Shown here piece by piece: positions 22,003-34,025 of a stretch of DNA of 64,000 nt. The stretch comes from an uncultured Solirubrobacteraceae bacterium. Its GTDB lineage: Bacteria; Actinomycetota; Thermoleophilia; Solirubrobacterales; Solirubrobacteraceae. The position numbers and the translations under genes were made by a program. The stretch's first letter is position 1; the number at the start of each line of letters is the position of its first letter. The stretch covers positions 1,847,476 through 1,911,475 of the forward strand of contig OY969935.1 in the NCBI GenBank assembly GCA_963704735.1, read 5' to 3'. Below the pieces are notes generated by a model, which saw nothing but the letters and a program-made list of their open reading frames with translations, had not been told where the DNA came from and did not search any database.

Positions 22003-22710
22003 ATGAGCAATCAGACCGACGCACCCGCCGACCGCGTGTTCCTCATCACGGGAGCCTCCTCAGGAATCGGCGCGGCAACCGCCCGCCGGGCTCGCGCCGC
22101 CGGATGGCGGGTCGTGCTCGCCGCCCGCTCGCGCGAGCGGCTGACCGCCCTCGCCGATGAGCTGGGTGGGCCCGAGCGCGCCCTCCCGGTCGTCTGCGAC
22201 GTGACCGAGTGGGAGGATCAGCAGCGCATGGTCGACGCCGCCGGGTCCGCATTCGGGAGGATCGACGTGGCGTTCGCGAACGCCGGCTTCGGCGGTCCTC
22301 GCGGCTTTTTGAACGACACCGTCGAGCATTGGCGGGAGATGGTGTTGACCAACGTCTACGGAGCGGCGCTCACGCTGCGCGCGACGATTCCCGCGCTCAC
22401 CGAGTCGCGCGGGCATCTGCTGCTGACATCGAGCGTCGCCGGGCGGCGGCCGCTGCCCGGCTCGATGTACTCGTGCACCAAGCACGCGGTGACGGCGATG
22501 GGAGAGGCCGCGCGTCAGGACCTGCACGGCACCGGCGTCCGCGTGACGTTGATCGAGCCCGGAATGACTGACACGCCGTTCTTCGAGAACCGTCCCACCG
22601 ACGCGCTCGAGGACAACGACATCGCTCGCGCGGTGATGTACGCGGTCTCAGAGCCTCCGCACGTGAACGTCAACGAGATGCTCGTGCGCCCAACGGCACA
22701 GCAGGGCTAG
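22003..22710 (+). CDS. Short-chain dehydrogenase/reductase (YdfG-like)
   Basis: ITGASSGIG, NAG, YSCTK; SD AAGGAG upstream. Confidence 0.93.
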   Translation: MSNQTDAPADRVFLITGASSGIGAATARRARAAGWRVVLAARSRERLTALADELGGPERALPVVCDVTEWEDQQRMVDAAGSAFGRIDVAFANAGFGGPRGFLNDTVEHWREMVLTNVYGAALTLRATIPALTESRGHLLLTSSVAGRRPLPGSMYSCTKHAVTAMGEAARQDLHGTGVRVTLIEPGMTDTPFFENRPTDALEDNDIARAVMYAVSEPPHVNVNEMLVRPTAQQG

Positions 22711-22770
22711 ACACACGCGAGGCCGCGGGGCCTCGGCGCGCCCGTGCGCCCGGCCGCGGTGCGCCGGCGC

Positions 22771-23034
22771 TCAGCCCTCCTTGGAGGCGGGCAGCACGCT
22801 GACCGTGCGCCCGCTCCGGCCGGTTGTGAACCGCACCGTCCCCGCGGCCCGCGCGTAGAGCGTGTCGTCCTTGCCTATGCCCACGCCGGCGCCCGGCTTG
22901 AAGCGGGTGCCGCGCTGGCGCACGATGATCTCCCCGCCCGTCACCAGCTGCCCGGCGAACGTCTTCACGCCCAGGCGCTGGGCGTTCGAGTCCCGTCCGT
23001 TTCGGCTCGAGCCGAGTCCCTTCTTATGAGCCAT
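22771..23034 (-). CDS. rpmA: 50S ribosomal protein L27
   Basis: [16 protein letters not shown]...RQRGT. Confidence 0.99.
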   Translation of the reverse strand: MAHKKGLGSSRNGRDSNAQRLGVKTFAGQLVTGGEIIVRQRGTRFKPGAGVGIGKDDTLYARAAGTVRFTTGRSGRTVSVLPASKEG

Positions 23035-23605
23035 CGTCGGTCTTCTCCTTCTTCTTGGCGCTCGCCGGCCTGGCCGGCCGCTTCGCCTTGGGGGCCTCGC
23101 CGGGAGTCTCCGTGCGCTCGGGGCCGTCCGCCTGAGCGGCTGTGGGCTTGGCGCGAGCGGCCGCCGGTTTGGCGCGGGCCGCAGGTTTGGCGCCGGCCGC
23201 AGGTTTGGCGCCGGCCGCCGGTTTGGCTCCGGCGGCAGGTTTGGCTCCGGCTGCCGCTTTGGCTCCGGCTGCCGCTTTGGCGCCGGCCGCCGGTTTGGCG
23301 CCGAGCGTGATCGCGGTGACCTCGATCTCGGTGAGCTCCTGACGGTGGCCGGTCCGCCGCTTGTACCCGCGCTTGGGCTTGAACTTGAACACCCGCAGCT
23401 TCTCGCCGCGCACGTGGGAGAGCACCTTCGCGGTGACCTTCACCCGCTTGAGCCCGGCCTTGTCGAACACGGCCTCCTCCGAGCGATAGAGAATCGGCTC
23501 GAGCGCGACGTCGGCGCCCTCCTGAGCGGGCAGGCGCTCGATGAGCAGCCGCTGGCCCCGCTCGACGCGGTACTGCTTGCCGCCGGTCTTCACGATCGCG
23601 TACAT
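23024..23605 (-). CDS. rplU: 50S ribosomal protein L21 with a C-terminal Ala/Lys/Pro repeat extension
   Basis: [14 protein letters not shown]...GHRQ core plus a tail of about 90 aa. Confidence 0.98.
   Translation of the reverse strand: MYAIVKTGGKQYRVERGQRLLIERLPAQEGADVALEPILYRSEEAVFDKAGLKRVKVTAKVLSHVRGEKLRVFKFKPKRGYKRRTGHRQELTEIEVTAITLGAKPAAGAKAAAGAKAAAGAKPAAGAKPAAGAKPAAGAKPAARAKPAAARAKPTAAQADGPERTETPGEAPKAKRPARPASAKKKEKTDDGS
23141..23303 (-). repeat. 18-nt tandem repeat encoding about 9 (G/R)AK(P/A)AA units in the L21 tail
   Basis: Repeated ggtttggcgccggccgc(a/c)-type units on the plus strand. Confidence 0.9.
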
Positions 23606-23671
23606 GTCTTCTCGGTCTCGATCTCTCAGTTTGCAAGGCGCATGACGCCCGTCCCCTTCAGACGAGGTCGG

Positions 23672-25715
23672 CTACTCAGTCGTCGCCTGCGCCTTGGCAG
23701 CCGAACGGCGCCGCCCGCCTCTGCGGCCACGACGCCGAGGTTTGGATTGTAGGTCATCCTCGCCACCCTCGCCCTGCTGAGGCGCCTGGGACTCGTGCGC
23801 CGTGGCGCCGTCCGACTCCGAGCCCTCGAGCTTCGGAGCGTCGAGTTTCGAGTCCGGCCTCCTTGGGGCTCTGCGGCCGCGCCGCGGAGCCGGACTGCGC
23901 GGAGCGGGGCGGACCACCTCGCCGGACTCGTCGAGCAGCTGCGCGCTCGCCGCCGTCCGTCCCACCTGGTCGATTCGCACCATTCGCTTCTCACCCACGT
24001 GCGGCGCGGCGCCGGCGATCGAGATGATGTAGCCGTCGATTTTGGCGACGGCGTCGTCCACGTCATACATGTGCGGCTCGACTATCTCCACCAGCACCTC
24101 GTCGCCCTGGCGGAATGGCAGCGCGCGCTCCTCGACCTCCTCGCGGGTTCCCATGAAGGTGATCGCGAAGTGGTCGAGCGCGAGCCCTTCGGAGCCCTCG
24201 AACAGGAACGACTTGCCAGTCTGCGCCTCGAGCGCATGCAGAACCCGCGAGCCGTGCCCCGTGAACTGGGTGCTCACGCGGGGGTTGATCTGCACGAGGA
24301 ACGCGTCGGCGTCGGGATGCTCGGCGGCCTCGTCGCGAAGCCTGCGCTCGAACTCGATCGCGATCGTCTCCTCCGAGAGGATGACCCCCTCGCCCTCACA
24401 GGTCGGGCAGGGCCTCGACATGATCTCGCGGACGCCCTCGGTGACGTTCTGGCGGGTCATCTCGACCAGTCCGAGCTTCGATATCTCGGCGGTGAACGTC
24501 TTCGTGCGGTCCTCGTCCAGCGTCTTCCTGAGCGTCTTCATGACCGCGTCGCGGTTTCGCGCGCGCGCCATGTCGATGAAGTCGATCACGATGATCCCGC
24601 CGATGTCACGCAGGCGCAGCTGATTGACGACCTCCTCGGCCGCCTCGAGGTTCGTCTTGGTGATCGTGTCCTCGAGCCCGGCGCCCTTCCCGCGGCTGAT
24701 GAAGCTGCCCGAGTTGACGTCGATCACCGTGAGCGCCTCGGCGTAGTCGATCATCAGATAGCCGCCGCTGGGCAGGTCCACCCGGCGCGACATCACGCCC
24801 TCGATCGCCTTGTCCACGCCGTAGGCCTCGAACAGCGGCTCCGGCTGATCCCACAGCTCGACCCGCTCGACCAGCTCCGGGGCAGTGCGCGAGAAGAACG
24901 ACACCAGGCGGTGATACTGCTTCTCGTCGTCCACGATCGCCCGCTCGAAGTGCGCAGAGAAGATGTCGCGGACAACCCGCACGGACAGGTCGGCCTCCTG
25001 GAAGACGAGGTCCGGGGCGGTCGTCTCCTGCACGCGCTTGACGAGCACCTCGTGGAGCTTGTGCAGGTACTTGAGCTCACGCTCGAAATCCTCGCGCTTG
25101 GCGCCGTGGGCGGCCGTGCGCACGATGACCCCGCCTCCGTCGAGCACGAGTTTGGCCGTCTGTCGGCGCAGGCGTTCGCGCTCGCGGTCCTCCAGGCGAC
25201 GGGACACGCCGACCCCCTCGCCCGTGGGCGCATACACCATGTAGCGCCCTGCGATCGTCAACTCCATCGACAGTCGCGCGCCCTTCGTCTTCAAGGGATC
25301 CTTGACCACCTGCACGACGATCTCCTGGCCCGGGGAGAGCAGGTCGGAGATCTTGCGCCCGCCACCGCTTCCCCGCCCGCGCCTTGGGCGCCTCGACCCC
25401 CGGCAGGACGATCTCATCGACGTGCAAGAAGCCGTTCTTCTCGAGGCCTATGTCGACGAAGGCGGCCTCCAGGCCGGGCAGTACGTTGTCGACCTTGCCC
25501 TTATAGATGTTGCCGACGATCGAACGGCCGCCGCGCCGCTCCAGGTAGAGCTCGGCGATGCGGTATCCGGCGTCTGGTCCCCCGCGACGCTTGCGCGGGC
25601 TGGACGATCTGCTGTCGGCCGACGAGGACCGTAGGGCGGCGGGGGCACCGCTCGCCTCCAGTAGCGCTACGCGCGTCTCCGCGCGATCGACGCTGACAAG
25701 CACTTGCTTTTTCAA
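23672..25715 (-). CDS. rne: Rne/Rng family ribonuclease (RNase E/G) with C-terminal TRAM-like domain; apparent 1-nt insertion frameshift near 25385
   Basis: N-part in ORF 25077..25802 (TTG start, KKQVLV, GNIYKGKV, AAFVDIG, GFLH) continues in ORF 23672..25417 (KGARLS, IDVNSG, LRDIGGIIVIDFIDM, CPTC). Confidence 0.92.
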
Positions 25716-25932
25716 TTTGATCCAGTCTTTCGGTAATGGAGCGGGCCGAGCACCGCGCGTCGGGGCGGCGGATGGCTGAGGGCGAGGCCCACGGCTTCGC
25801 ACGCCAACCTGTCGGCGGCGCCTGCGCGGCGCGCCGATGCTCGCCCGTGCACGCTGGAAGCGGGCCGTGCGGCGCGCTCTGCGAGAAGGGGGCGGGCTGA
25901 TCTGGCGGGGGGTGCTCGGCGAACATTGGTGT

Positions 25933-27168
25933 CTAGTAGCGCAGTACGCGGCCCTTCAGCGCTTGAGAGGCGCGCGCCTGGACATAGATCGATTGCAACA
26001 GGCCGATCGCCAAAAGCGTGGTGATCACCGACGAGCCGCCATAGCTCATGAGCGGCAGCGTGACGCCGGTAATTGGCATGATCCCAATTGTCATCCCCAC
26101 GTTGACGAAGACCTGGAACATCAGCATAGCCGCTACGCCGGCCGCGACCAGCGACCCGAACAGATCCTTCGCCATCACCAGGATCCGCAGCGTGCGCCAT
26201 ATCAGCAGGGCGTACAAGGACAACACCAGCGCCGCCCCGACGAAGCCATATTGCTCGCCGACGGCGGCGAAAACGAAGTCCGTGTGGTCCTCGGGCACAT
26301 AGTTCAAGCGAGTCAGGGTGGCATTCGCGCCGCGGCCGGTCTTCTGACCAGAGCCGATGGCTATCTTCGACTCCTGCTGCTGATAGCCCTGCTTCTGGGT
26401 GTTGTTCGTCGGGTGAAGGAACGCAGTCAGCCGTTCGGTCTCATAGGGCTTCAGAACGTGCACCCCGACCGCCGGCGCCGCGACGAGCACGAACGTCAGC
26501 GATACGGCGACCAGTGCGAGGAGGGCGCCCAGGTGCTTGAACGGCGTGCCCGCCACGAACAGCAGCGTGAACGCGATCACCATGTAGACCATGCCCGAGC
26601 CGAGGTCCGGCTGGGCGATCACGAACATCGCCGGCACGAGCGCGGCGAGCATCACGCGAATCGTGGTATCCCGCTCGCGCAGCCGTCGCGCTCGGTCCAC
26701 CACGTACGCGGACAGGGCGAGTATCAGCAGGACCTTGCCGAGCTCTGAGGCCTGGAAGGAGAAGCCGGGCAGAGCAATCGCGCGCTGGGCTCCCTGGGCG
26801 GTGTGACCCAGGCCCAGAACCGCCAGGATGCCCAGTATCAGCGCGGCGTAGATGCCGTTTTTCAGCTGCCGCGCACGTGCGTAGTCAAGGCGCGAGACGA
26901 CGAGCATGAGCACCGCGCCGACGATCAGGTAGACCAGCTGACGATGCACGAAGTAGCCGGGTTGGCCGCTGACGACGTTCTGGGTGGCGGGGCCAAGCGT
27001 CACGATCGAAGCGATCGCGAGCCCGATCACGGCTAGTGTCAGCAGCGGATCCAAGGGCAGTGTGAACGCACGTGCCCTCCCCGACGCGGCCTGATCGTCG
27101 GGCGTCTGGATGGGAGAGGAACGGACGGACGATGCGCCGGCCGACGCGGGGCTCGATGACGGGCTCAT
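25933..27168 (-). CDS. rodA: SEDS family rod shape-determining protein
   Basis: FQASELGK, QPDLG, PEDHTDF, GVTLPLMSYGGSS; follows mrdA. Confidence 0.95.
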   Translation of the reverse strand: MSPSSSPASAGASSVRSSPIQTPDDQAASGRARAFTLPLDPLLTLAVIGLAIASIVTLGPATQNVVSGQPGYFVHRQLVYLIVGAVLMLVVSRLDYARARQLKNGIYAALILGILAVLGLGHTAQGAQRAIALPGFSFQASELGKVLLILALSAYVVDRARRLRERDTTIRVMLAALVPAMFVIAQPDLGSGMVYMVIAFTLLFVAGTPFKHLGALLALVAVSLTFVLVAAPAVGVHVLKPYETERLTAFLHPTNNTQKQGYQQQESKIAIGSGQKTGRGANATLTRLNYVPEDHTDFVFAAVGEQYGFVGAALVLSLYALLIWRTLRILVMAKDLFGSLVAAGVAAMLMFQVFVNVGMTIGIMPITGVTLPLMSYGGSSVITTLLAIGLLQSIYVQARASQALKGRVLRY

Positions 27169-27172
27169 GGTC

Positions 27173-29155
27173 TCATAGCGTCTTTGATGATCCGGCCACG
27201 AACCGCTCGGGCGCACCGAACCACTTGGAGGCGATCAGGCGTGCGACCGGCGCGGCCGTTTCAGCGCCGAAGCCACCCTGCTCGACCGTGACCGCGATCA
27301 CGATCGGGCGCTGGGGGTCGCCGATGTAGCACATGTACCAGGACTGGTCTTCCTTGCCCTGATGCTGTGCGGTGCCCGTCTTTCCGTACACCGGGTGCTG
27401 CGCCTGATCCCAGCCCGTCCAAACGTCCGCCGAGGTGCCTCCCGGCTGGCTGGCGGCCTCGTGGATGCCTTCCATCACGAGGCTCAGGTCGGAGAAGTCC
27501 AGGTGCACGTGGCGCTGCGGCGGGGAGCTGAGCGCCTGCACGAGCCTTCCCTGGGAGTCGTCTATCTCCATCCCCAGGTGCGGCGTCACGACGGTCCCCT
27601 CGCCGCCGTTGGAGTAGGCGTTTGCGAGCGTCGAATAGGCAACCGCCATCTGCAGCGGGTCGGTCAGCAGATCCCCCTGGCCAACCGCCAGATCCATGTT
27701 GTCGCCGACGCTCCACGGCCTGACTTCGGCCACGTAGCCGCACGTGGATCGGTGCGTGCGGTGCTCGCATTCGATCTCCGCCCTGTTCTCGCGCGCACGC
27801 CAGGCGGGGTCGGGGACGACGCCTCCGAACTCGCTCGGCAGGTCGATCCCGGTCGCCTGGCCGATGCCGAGCTCCTTCGCCATTCGCTGAATCACGCTTC
27901 CGTGGCTGTTTGCGAGCTCGCCGACTTCGAAGAAGTAGGTGTCCGAGGAGACCTTCAGCGCTTCGACCAGCCCCACGGCGCCGTAGTCGGCCCTGCCGGC
28001 ATTGCAGAACTGCTCGGTGGACACCGAGATGCACTGGCCGGCGCCGAGGCCCTCCGAGGGCGTGATGACACCTGCTTCCAGAGCGCCCATCGCGGTGATC
28101 GGCTTGAACGTCGAGCCGGTTGGATACGTGCCGTTGACCGCGCGATCGGTGAGCGGCCCGCCGGCGGTGCTCGAGCCCTCGAGCGCCGCGTATTCGGCCT
28201 TCGTCAGCGGTTTGGCGAACTTGTTCGGGTCAAAGCTCGGATAGGAGCCGATCGCGAGGATCTGCCCGTTGCGGGGATCGATCGCCGTGAACGCGCCCGC
28301 GACGGCCGGTTTGCCCCCCGCCCTCGCCCGTTCGATGCCTTCGAGCAGCCCCTTTTCCGCCTCCCGCTGCAGGCCCAGATCGAGGCTCACCTTGAGGCTG
28401 TAGCCCGCGAGCGGCTGCACGGGAGCGAGGTTGCTCGGAACCGGGTAGCCGAAGGCATTGACCTCGACGCGCTGCGTGCCCACGCGACCTCGCAGGTATC
28501 GGTCGTAGTAGTACTCGAGCCCTTCCTGGCCGACCACGGTTCCAGCCTGGACCCCGCGAAAGGGGCGCAGCTTGAGCTCTCCTTCGGAGACCTGGCCGAC
28601 GTAGCCCAGCACCTGCGCGGCCATTTCGCCATACGGATAGGCGCGGATCGAAACCGGCTGCTGGACGACGCCCGGAAACTCGCTCTGGCGCTCGGCGAGA
28701 ACGGTCAGCGCGCCCCGGCCGGCGTCCGTCTTGATCGTCACCGGCGCGTAGGGCACGGCGCTTCGCCCATGCACCACCAGCGCCTCTATGTGCTGCCCGC
28801 TCATCCCCAGCAACCCACCCAGCCGCCGATACAGCGCCAGCCTCGGCGCACCCGCGGGCGGTAGCGCGGAGGGAACGATCTGGACGGCGTTGGTGACCCT
28901 GCTGGTCACGATCGGCTGGCCTTCACGATCGAGGACCTGCCCGCGAGGAGCGGGAATCGGCAAGTTCCGAACCTGGTTGGCGTTCGCCTGCTGAACGTAC
29001 TGTTCGCCGGTCAGCACCTGCAGGTACCACAGGCGAAAGAAGATGATCGCGAACATCGCCATCGCCACCCCCCCGAGGATCGCCACCCGCAGTGCGAGCT
29101 GCGGCGATACCGGGATCCGCGGATCGCTCGGCCGAGCGCGCTCCAGCGCGCTCAT
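27173..29155 (-). CDS. mrdA: Penicillin-binding protein 2
   Basis: APRG dimerisation domain, GSTFK (SxxK), SSD, GKTGTAQ. Confidence 0.95.
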   Translation of the reverse strand: MSALERARPSDPRIPVSPQLALRVAILGGVAMAMFAIIFFRLWYLQVLTGEQYVQQANANQVRNLPIPAPRGQVLDREGQPIVTSRVTNAVQIVPSALPPAGAPRLALYRRLGGLLGMSGQHIEALVVHGRSAVPYAPVTIKTDAGRGALTVLAERQSEFPGVVQQPVSIRAYPYGEMAAQVLGYVGQVSEGELKLRPFRGVQAGTVVGQEGLEYYYDRYLRGRVGTQRVEVNAFGYPVPSNLAPVQPLAGYSLKVSLDLGLQREAEKGLLEGIERARAGGKPAVAGAFTAIDPRNGQILAIGSYPSFDPNKFAKPLTKAEYAALEGSSTAGGPLTDRAVNGTYPTGSTFKPITAMGALEAGVITPSEGLGAGQCISVSTEQFCNAGRADYGAVGLVEALKVSSDTYFFEVGELANSHGSVIQRMAKELGIGQATGIDLPSEFGGVVPDPAWRARENRAEIECEHRTHRSTCGYVAEVRPWSVGDNMDLAVGQGDLLTDPLQMAVAYSTLANAYSNGGEGTVVTPHLGMEIDDSQGRLVQALSSPPQRHVHLDFSDLSLVMEGIHEAASQPGGTSADVWTGWDQAQHPVYGKTGTAQHQGKEDQSWYMCYIGDPQRPIVIAVTVEQGGFGAETAAPVARLIASKWFGAPERFVAGSSKTL

Positions 29156-29727
29156 GTGCGGGAAAGCGGGCTGAGCCCGCCGGTCGTGTAGGCGCGCCGG
29201 CGACGGCGGCGGGGGTCATCGGGCAGACCGCCCTCCAGGCTGCGGCGCACGATCGCCCACATCGGCAGCGCCAAGGCCGTATCGAGCACCACGCCCAGCA
29301 TGATCTGGCGCAGCAGCTCGAGGCTCACGGGGGCGTCGACCCCCAGCAGGAACTCCATCAGCGAATAGCCCACCAGCGACGCGGCCGAGCCGGCGGCGCC
29401 CACCAGCAGGGGCGTCAGCGCCGCTTGCGGATCGCGCAGCTCGCGCAGGCGCCCGGACCAGTAGCCGATCAGGGTGAAGATCAGCGAGGTCACGCCGAGC
29501 GTCTGTACCAGCATCAGGTCGACGAGCAGTCCGACCGCGAACCCGGTCACCGCGCCAAGCGTAGAGCCGCACAGCAGCCCGACGAACACCACCAGCAGCG
29601 GCGAGAGGTCGACGTTGACACCCGCCACGGGGACCTCCGAGACGACTCCGATCTGGAAGAAGACGACCACCAGCGCGAGCAGGGCGATTCGCAGCAGAAG
29701 CCCGCCCGACGGTCGTGAACCCGTCAT
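29152..29727 (-). CDS. mreD: Rod shape-determining protein MreD
   Basis: Hydrophobic, GFAVGLLVD; lies between mreC and mrdA. Confidence 0.9.
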   Translation of the reverse strand: MTGSRPSGGLLLRIALLALVVVFFQIGVVSEVPVAGVNVDLSPLLVVFVGLLCGSTLGAVTGFAVGLLVDLMLVQTLGVTSLIFTLIGYWSGRLRELRDPQAALTPLLVGAAGSAASLVGYSLMEFLLGVDAPVSLELLRQIMLGVVLDTALALPMWAIVRRSLEGGLPDDPRRRRRRAYTTGGLSPLSRT

Positions 29728-29800
29728 CGGCTCACCTTTAGTGGCCGCGCCCGGGCCGCCGAGGACCCGCGAGCGCCCGTTAGGGCGGAACGCCAAGCGA

Positions 29801-30757
29801 TCATCCGCCGGCTCCCGTGGAGGCGAGCTGTTCACTCGAGGCGCCGCCCGCGCCCGTGCCCTGGCCCACCGGCAGGCTGGCCGCGACGCGGCTGAGGTTC
29901 GCCGGCAGAGACCCCTGCGCCGCCGTCAGGACCTGAACGACGTCGAGATTGTGCAGGTTCGCCGTCGGGCGAACGTTGACCGACTTGTAGGCGCTTTCTT
30001 CGTTCACGGAGGCGACCTGGCCGATCAGTATCCCCGGCGGGTACAGCGAGTCGTCGGGGCTGGCGACGGTGCCGGAGGTTACGACGTATTCGCCCGGATT
30101 CGCCTGGGTGTTCGCCGGCAGGTACTGGAGCAGCAGATCGTTGGGATCGCCGACCTTGGGTTGGACGATTCCGGTCGCGTTGGTCGTGCCGATGCGGGCG
30201 GAGACGCCCATCGTGCTATCGGTGATCAGGCTCACCTGGGCGCCGTCGGAGGCGACCTGCGCGACCTTGCCGACGAGGCCTTCGCCGTTCACCACCGGAT
30301 CGTTCACGCGCACGCCGTCCGATTCGCCTTTGTCGATCACCACCGTCGCGTACCAGATGTTCGGTGATTTGCCCACGACCGTCGCGGTCACCGGGTGGTA
30401 GTTCTTGACGCTCAGCTGGTTGTCCAGGTGGTAGATCCCCTGCAGCTCGTGGTAGGAGCGCTTTTCGGCCTGGCTCGAGATCAGTTCGCCGCGCAGTTTG
30501 TCGACCTGCTTGAGAAGTTCATCGCGCTGGCTTTTCGCGTGCACCGTGTTGTCGACCCAGCCGAACAGGTCGCGGACGGGCTTCAGCGCCTTGTTGGCGC
30601 CGTCCTGGATCGGTGAGACGACCGTCAGGAAGTCGCGCTGCACCGCATGCAGGCGACCGTTCGGGGCCTCGCCGAAGTAGGCGGTCAGGAGCAGCAGGGA
30701 GAGCACGACGAGCAGCACGAGCACTGCACGTCGACGCCGGACCGTCTTGTCGTACAC
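29801..30757 (-). CDS. mreC: Rod shape-determining protein MreC
   Basis: TM + coiled coil, IDKG-DGV, GLVGKV, VTSG, YPPGILIG. Confidence 0.95.
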   Translation of the reverse strand: MYDKTVRRRRAVLVLLVVLSLLLLTAYFGEAPNGRLHAVQRDFLTVVSPIQDGANKALKPVRDLFGWVDNTVHAKSQRDELLKQVDKLRGELISSQAEKRSYHELQGIYHLDNQLSVKNYHPVTATVVGKSPNIWYATVVIDKGESDGVRVNDPVVNGEGLVGKVAQVASDGAQVSLITDSTMGVSARIGTTNATGIVQPKVGDPNDLLLQYLPANTQANPGEYVVTSGTVASPDDSLYPPGILIGQVASVNEESAYKSVNVRPTANLHNLDVVQVLTAAQGSLPANLSRVAASLPVGQGTGAGGASSEQLASTGAGG

Positions 30758-30894
30758 GGGTAGCTACCTTCCGAAGCGTTCCACGGAAGGGTACCTGGGC
30801 GACCACACCGCAGCGGAGCCGGCAGGCCTGTCGCGATGGACCTCGATGGCGGAGGAGGTCGGCGCGCGCCTCACGAAGGGCCTCGGAGCGGCGC

Positions 30895-32160
<1,266 letters not shown>

Positions 32161-32163
32161 TCA

Positions 32164-32712
32164 TCATCGGCTCAACAGCTCTGGATAGATGTCGAGCAGC
32201 GTCGCGAGCGGCAGCCCGACGACGTTCTCATAGTCTCCCTCCACGCTCCGCACGAGCGCGGCCCCCGCACCCTGGATGGCGTACCCGCCGGCCCGCCCGC
32301 GCCACTCCTCGGTGGCGAGATACCAGTCCAGGAGACCCCCTGAGAGCGCACGGAAGGTGACCGCGGTGCGCGCCACCGCGGTGCGCGCGTCGTCTCCCAC
32401 CAGCAGCGCGACGCCGCTGAGCACTTCGTGGCGAGCGCCGCTCAGGGCTCGCAGGGTCTCACGGGCCGCGCTCGCGTCGGGCGGCTTGCCGTAGATGACG
32501 CTCCCGAGCACGACCAGCGTGTCGCAGCCGAGCAGGACCTCCCGCACGCCGGGCCTTTTCACCGCGCGCGCCTTGCGCAAGGCGTTCTCCCGGGCGACAG
32601 CCTCGGGCTCGCCGCGATCGAGCTCGGCGATCTCCGCGGGCCGGACCGCGAACGGCACACCCAGGCGTTCGAGCGTCGCTCGGCGTTGCGGCGAGCCGGA
32701 GGCGAGCACCAA
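32164..32712 (-). CDS. maf: Maf family nucleoside triphosphate pyrophosphatase
   Basis: LASGSPQR, CDT, GKP, AGGYAIQG, NVVGLP. Confidence 0.95.
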   Translation of the reverse strand: MVLASGSPQRRATLERLGVPFAVRPAEIAELDRGEPEAVARENALRKARAVKRPGVREVLLGCDTLVVLGSVIYGKPPDASAARETLRALSGARHEVLSGVALLVGDDARTAVARTAVTFRALSGGLLDWYLATEEWRGRAGGYAIQGAGAALVRSVEGDYENVVGLPLATLLDIYPELLSR

Positions 32713-32773
32713 TGGCGGATGCCCGGCCTCGGCGCGCCGGTGGCGCGCGTCCTCCCGGACCTGACCCCGAGGG

Positions 32774-33178
32774 CTAGAGCTCTCCGAAGAACAATGCCGA
32801 CTCGCGCGCGGCGGACTCCGGCGAGTCCGAGCCGTGGACCATGTTCTGCCCCATCTCCAACGCGAAGTCGCCCCGGATCGAGCCCGTGGCGGCCTCCAGC
32901 GGGTCGGTCGCGCCGATCACCTGCCGCGCCGCCTTGACCGCGTTCGTGCCCTCCAGCACCATCGCGACGATCGGTCCGGAGGTGATGAAGTCGACCAGCT
33001 CGCCGAAGAACGGGCGCTCGGCGTGCTCGGCGTAGTGGCGTTCGGCCAGCTCGGTGCTCACCGTCATGTGGCGCAGCGCCACGATCCTCAGGCCCTTGCG
33101 CTCGAAGCGGGCGACGATCTCGCCGGTCAAGCCGCGCGCGAAGGCATCGGGCTTGACGAGGATCAGCGTGCGGTCCAT
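32774..33178 (-). CDS. ndk: Nucleoside diphosphate kinase
   Basis: [25 protein letters not shown]. Confidence 0.98.
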   Translation of the reverse strand: MDRTLILVKPDAFARGLTGEIVARFERKGLRIVALRHMTVSTELAERHYAEHAERPFFGELVDFITSGPIVAMVLEGTNAVKAARQVIGATDPLEAATGSIRGDFALEMGQNMVHGSDSPESAARESALFFGEL

Positions 33179-33188
33179 GAGCGCGGCC

Positions 33189-33899
33189 TCAGGAGGTCGG
33201 GCGCGGTCGGCCGCCGGGACGGCCGCTGCGACCCGGCCGCGGCCCCGCGGCTGGGTCGGACGCCGCCACGGGCGCGATCCGGAAGTCATCGTCCTGCTCG
33301 TCCGCGGGCTGCCTGCCGACGTCGGCCCGGTCGGCTCCCTTGAGCGGGACGTCGGCCAGCGTTTCCCCAGCCGCGGTGGCCGCCCCGATCTCGGCCCGGT
33401 CCCCTTCAGCGACCCCGGTACGGCGACGGCGCGCCCGCCGCGCGGGAGCGGCGCCGGGGACCTCGGTCTCGCAGTAGGGGCAGATCGTCCAACTCTGATC
33501 CAGCGGGCGCGAGCAGCTCACGCAGCGCTCCTTCAGCTTGCGCAGGCAGCTGGGGCAGCGGATGAAGTCGCGCTCGATCCGATAGTCGCAGTGGGGGCAC
33601 AGGCTGCTGTCGAGTTCGTGCAGACGCGCCTCCGCCGCCTGCATCTCGAGCTCGCGCTCGCGCGCGTCCTCCAGGTACTCCGGCGGGCGCAGGATCACGT
33701 AGATGATCGTGCCCACGAACGGGAACAGCGACGCCGCGGTCGCGCAGCCCACGAGCATCGGATCGAGGATCCGGCGACGAGCGTCGCAGTAGGTCCAGTA
33801 GATCAGCGAGAGGTACAGGACGACGACGAACAGGATCAGCAGGTCGATGACCAGGTTCAGGCCGCTGCTTTCGATTCCGAAATAAGCCATGGGAAGCAT
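33189..33899 (-). CDS. Membrane protein with double zinc-ribbon domain
   Basis: Two N-terminal TM helices (DARRR...IYVILRPPE), then four CxxC motifs (CPHC, CPSC, CVSC, CPYC). Confidence 0.85.
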   Translation of the reverse strand: MLPMAYFGIESSGLNLVIDLLILFVVVLYLSLIYWTYCDARRRILDPMLVGCATAASLFPFVGTIIYVILRPPEYLEDARERELEMQAAEARLHELDSSLCPHCDYRIERDFIRCPSCLRKLKERCVSCSRPLDQSWTICPYCETEVPGAAPARRARRRRTGVAEGDRAEIGAATAAGETLADVPLKGADRADVGRQPADEQDDDFRIAPVAASDPAAGPRPGRSGRPGGRPRPTS

Positions 33900-34025
33900 C
33901 GGCCGGCTGAGTTTAGAGAAACAACCGGCCGAATCCGTAACCAGCGGCAAAGAACACGAGGATCACAAGCGCCACGATCAGCGCCACGGCGCCGATCATC
34001 GTGGGCACGGATGGCCCGTCGTCGT

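Noticed and set aside
23141-23303. CRISPR-like array
   Set aside because: Repeats are contiguous 18-nt in-frame coding units with no spacers, and no cas genes are nearby
25375-25395. Programmed ribosomal frameshift in rne
   Set aside because: No slippery sequence or stimulator, and similar single-base indels elsewhere point to sequencing error
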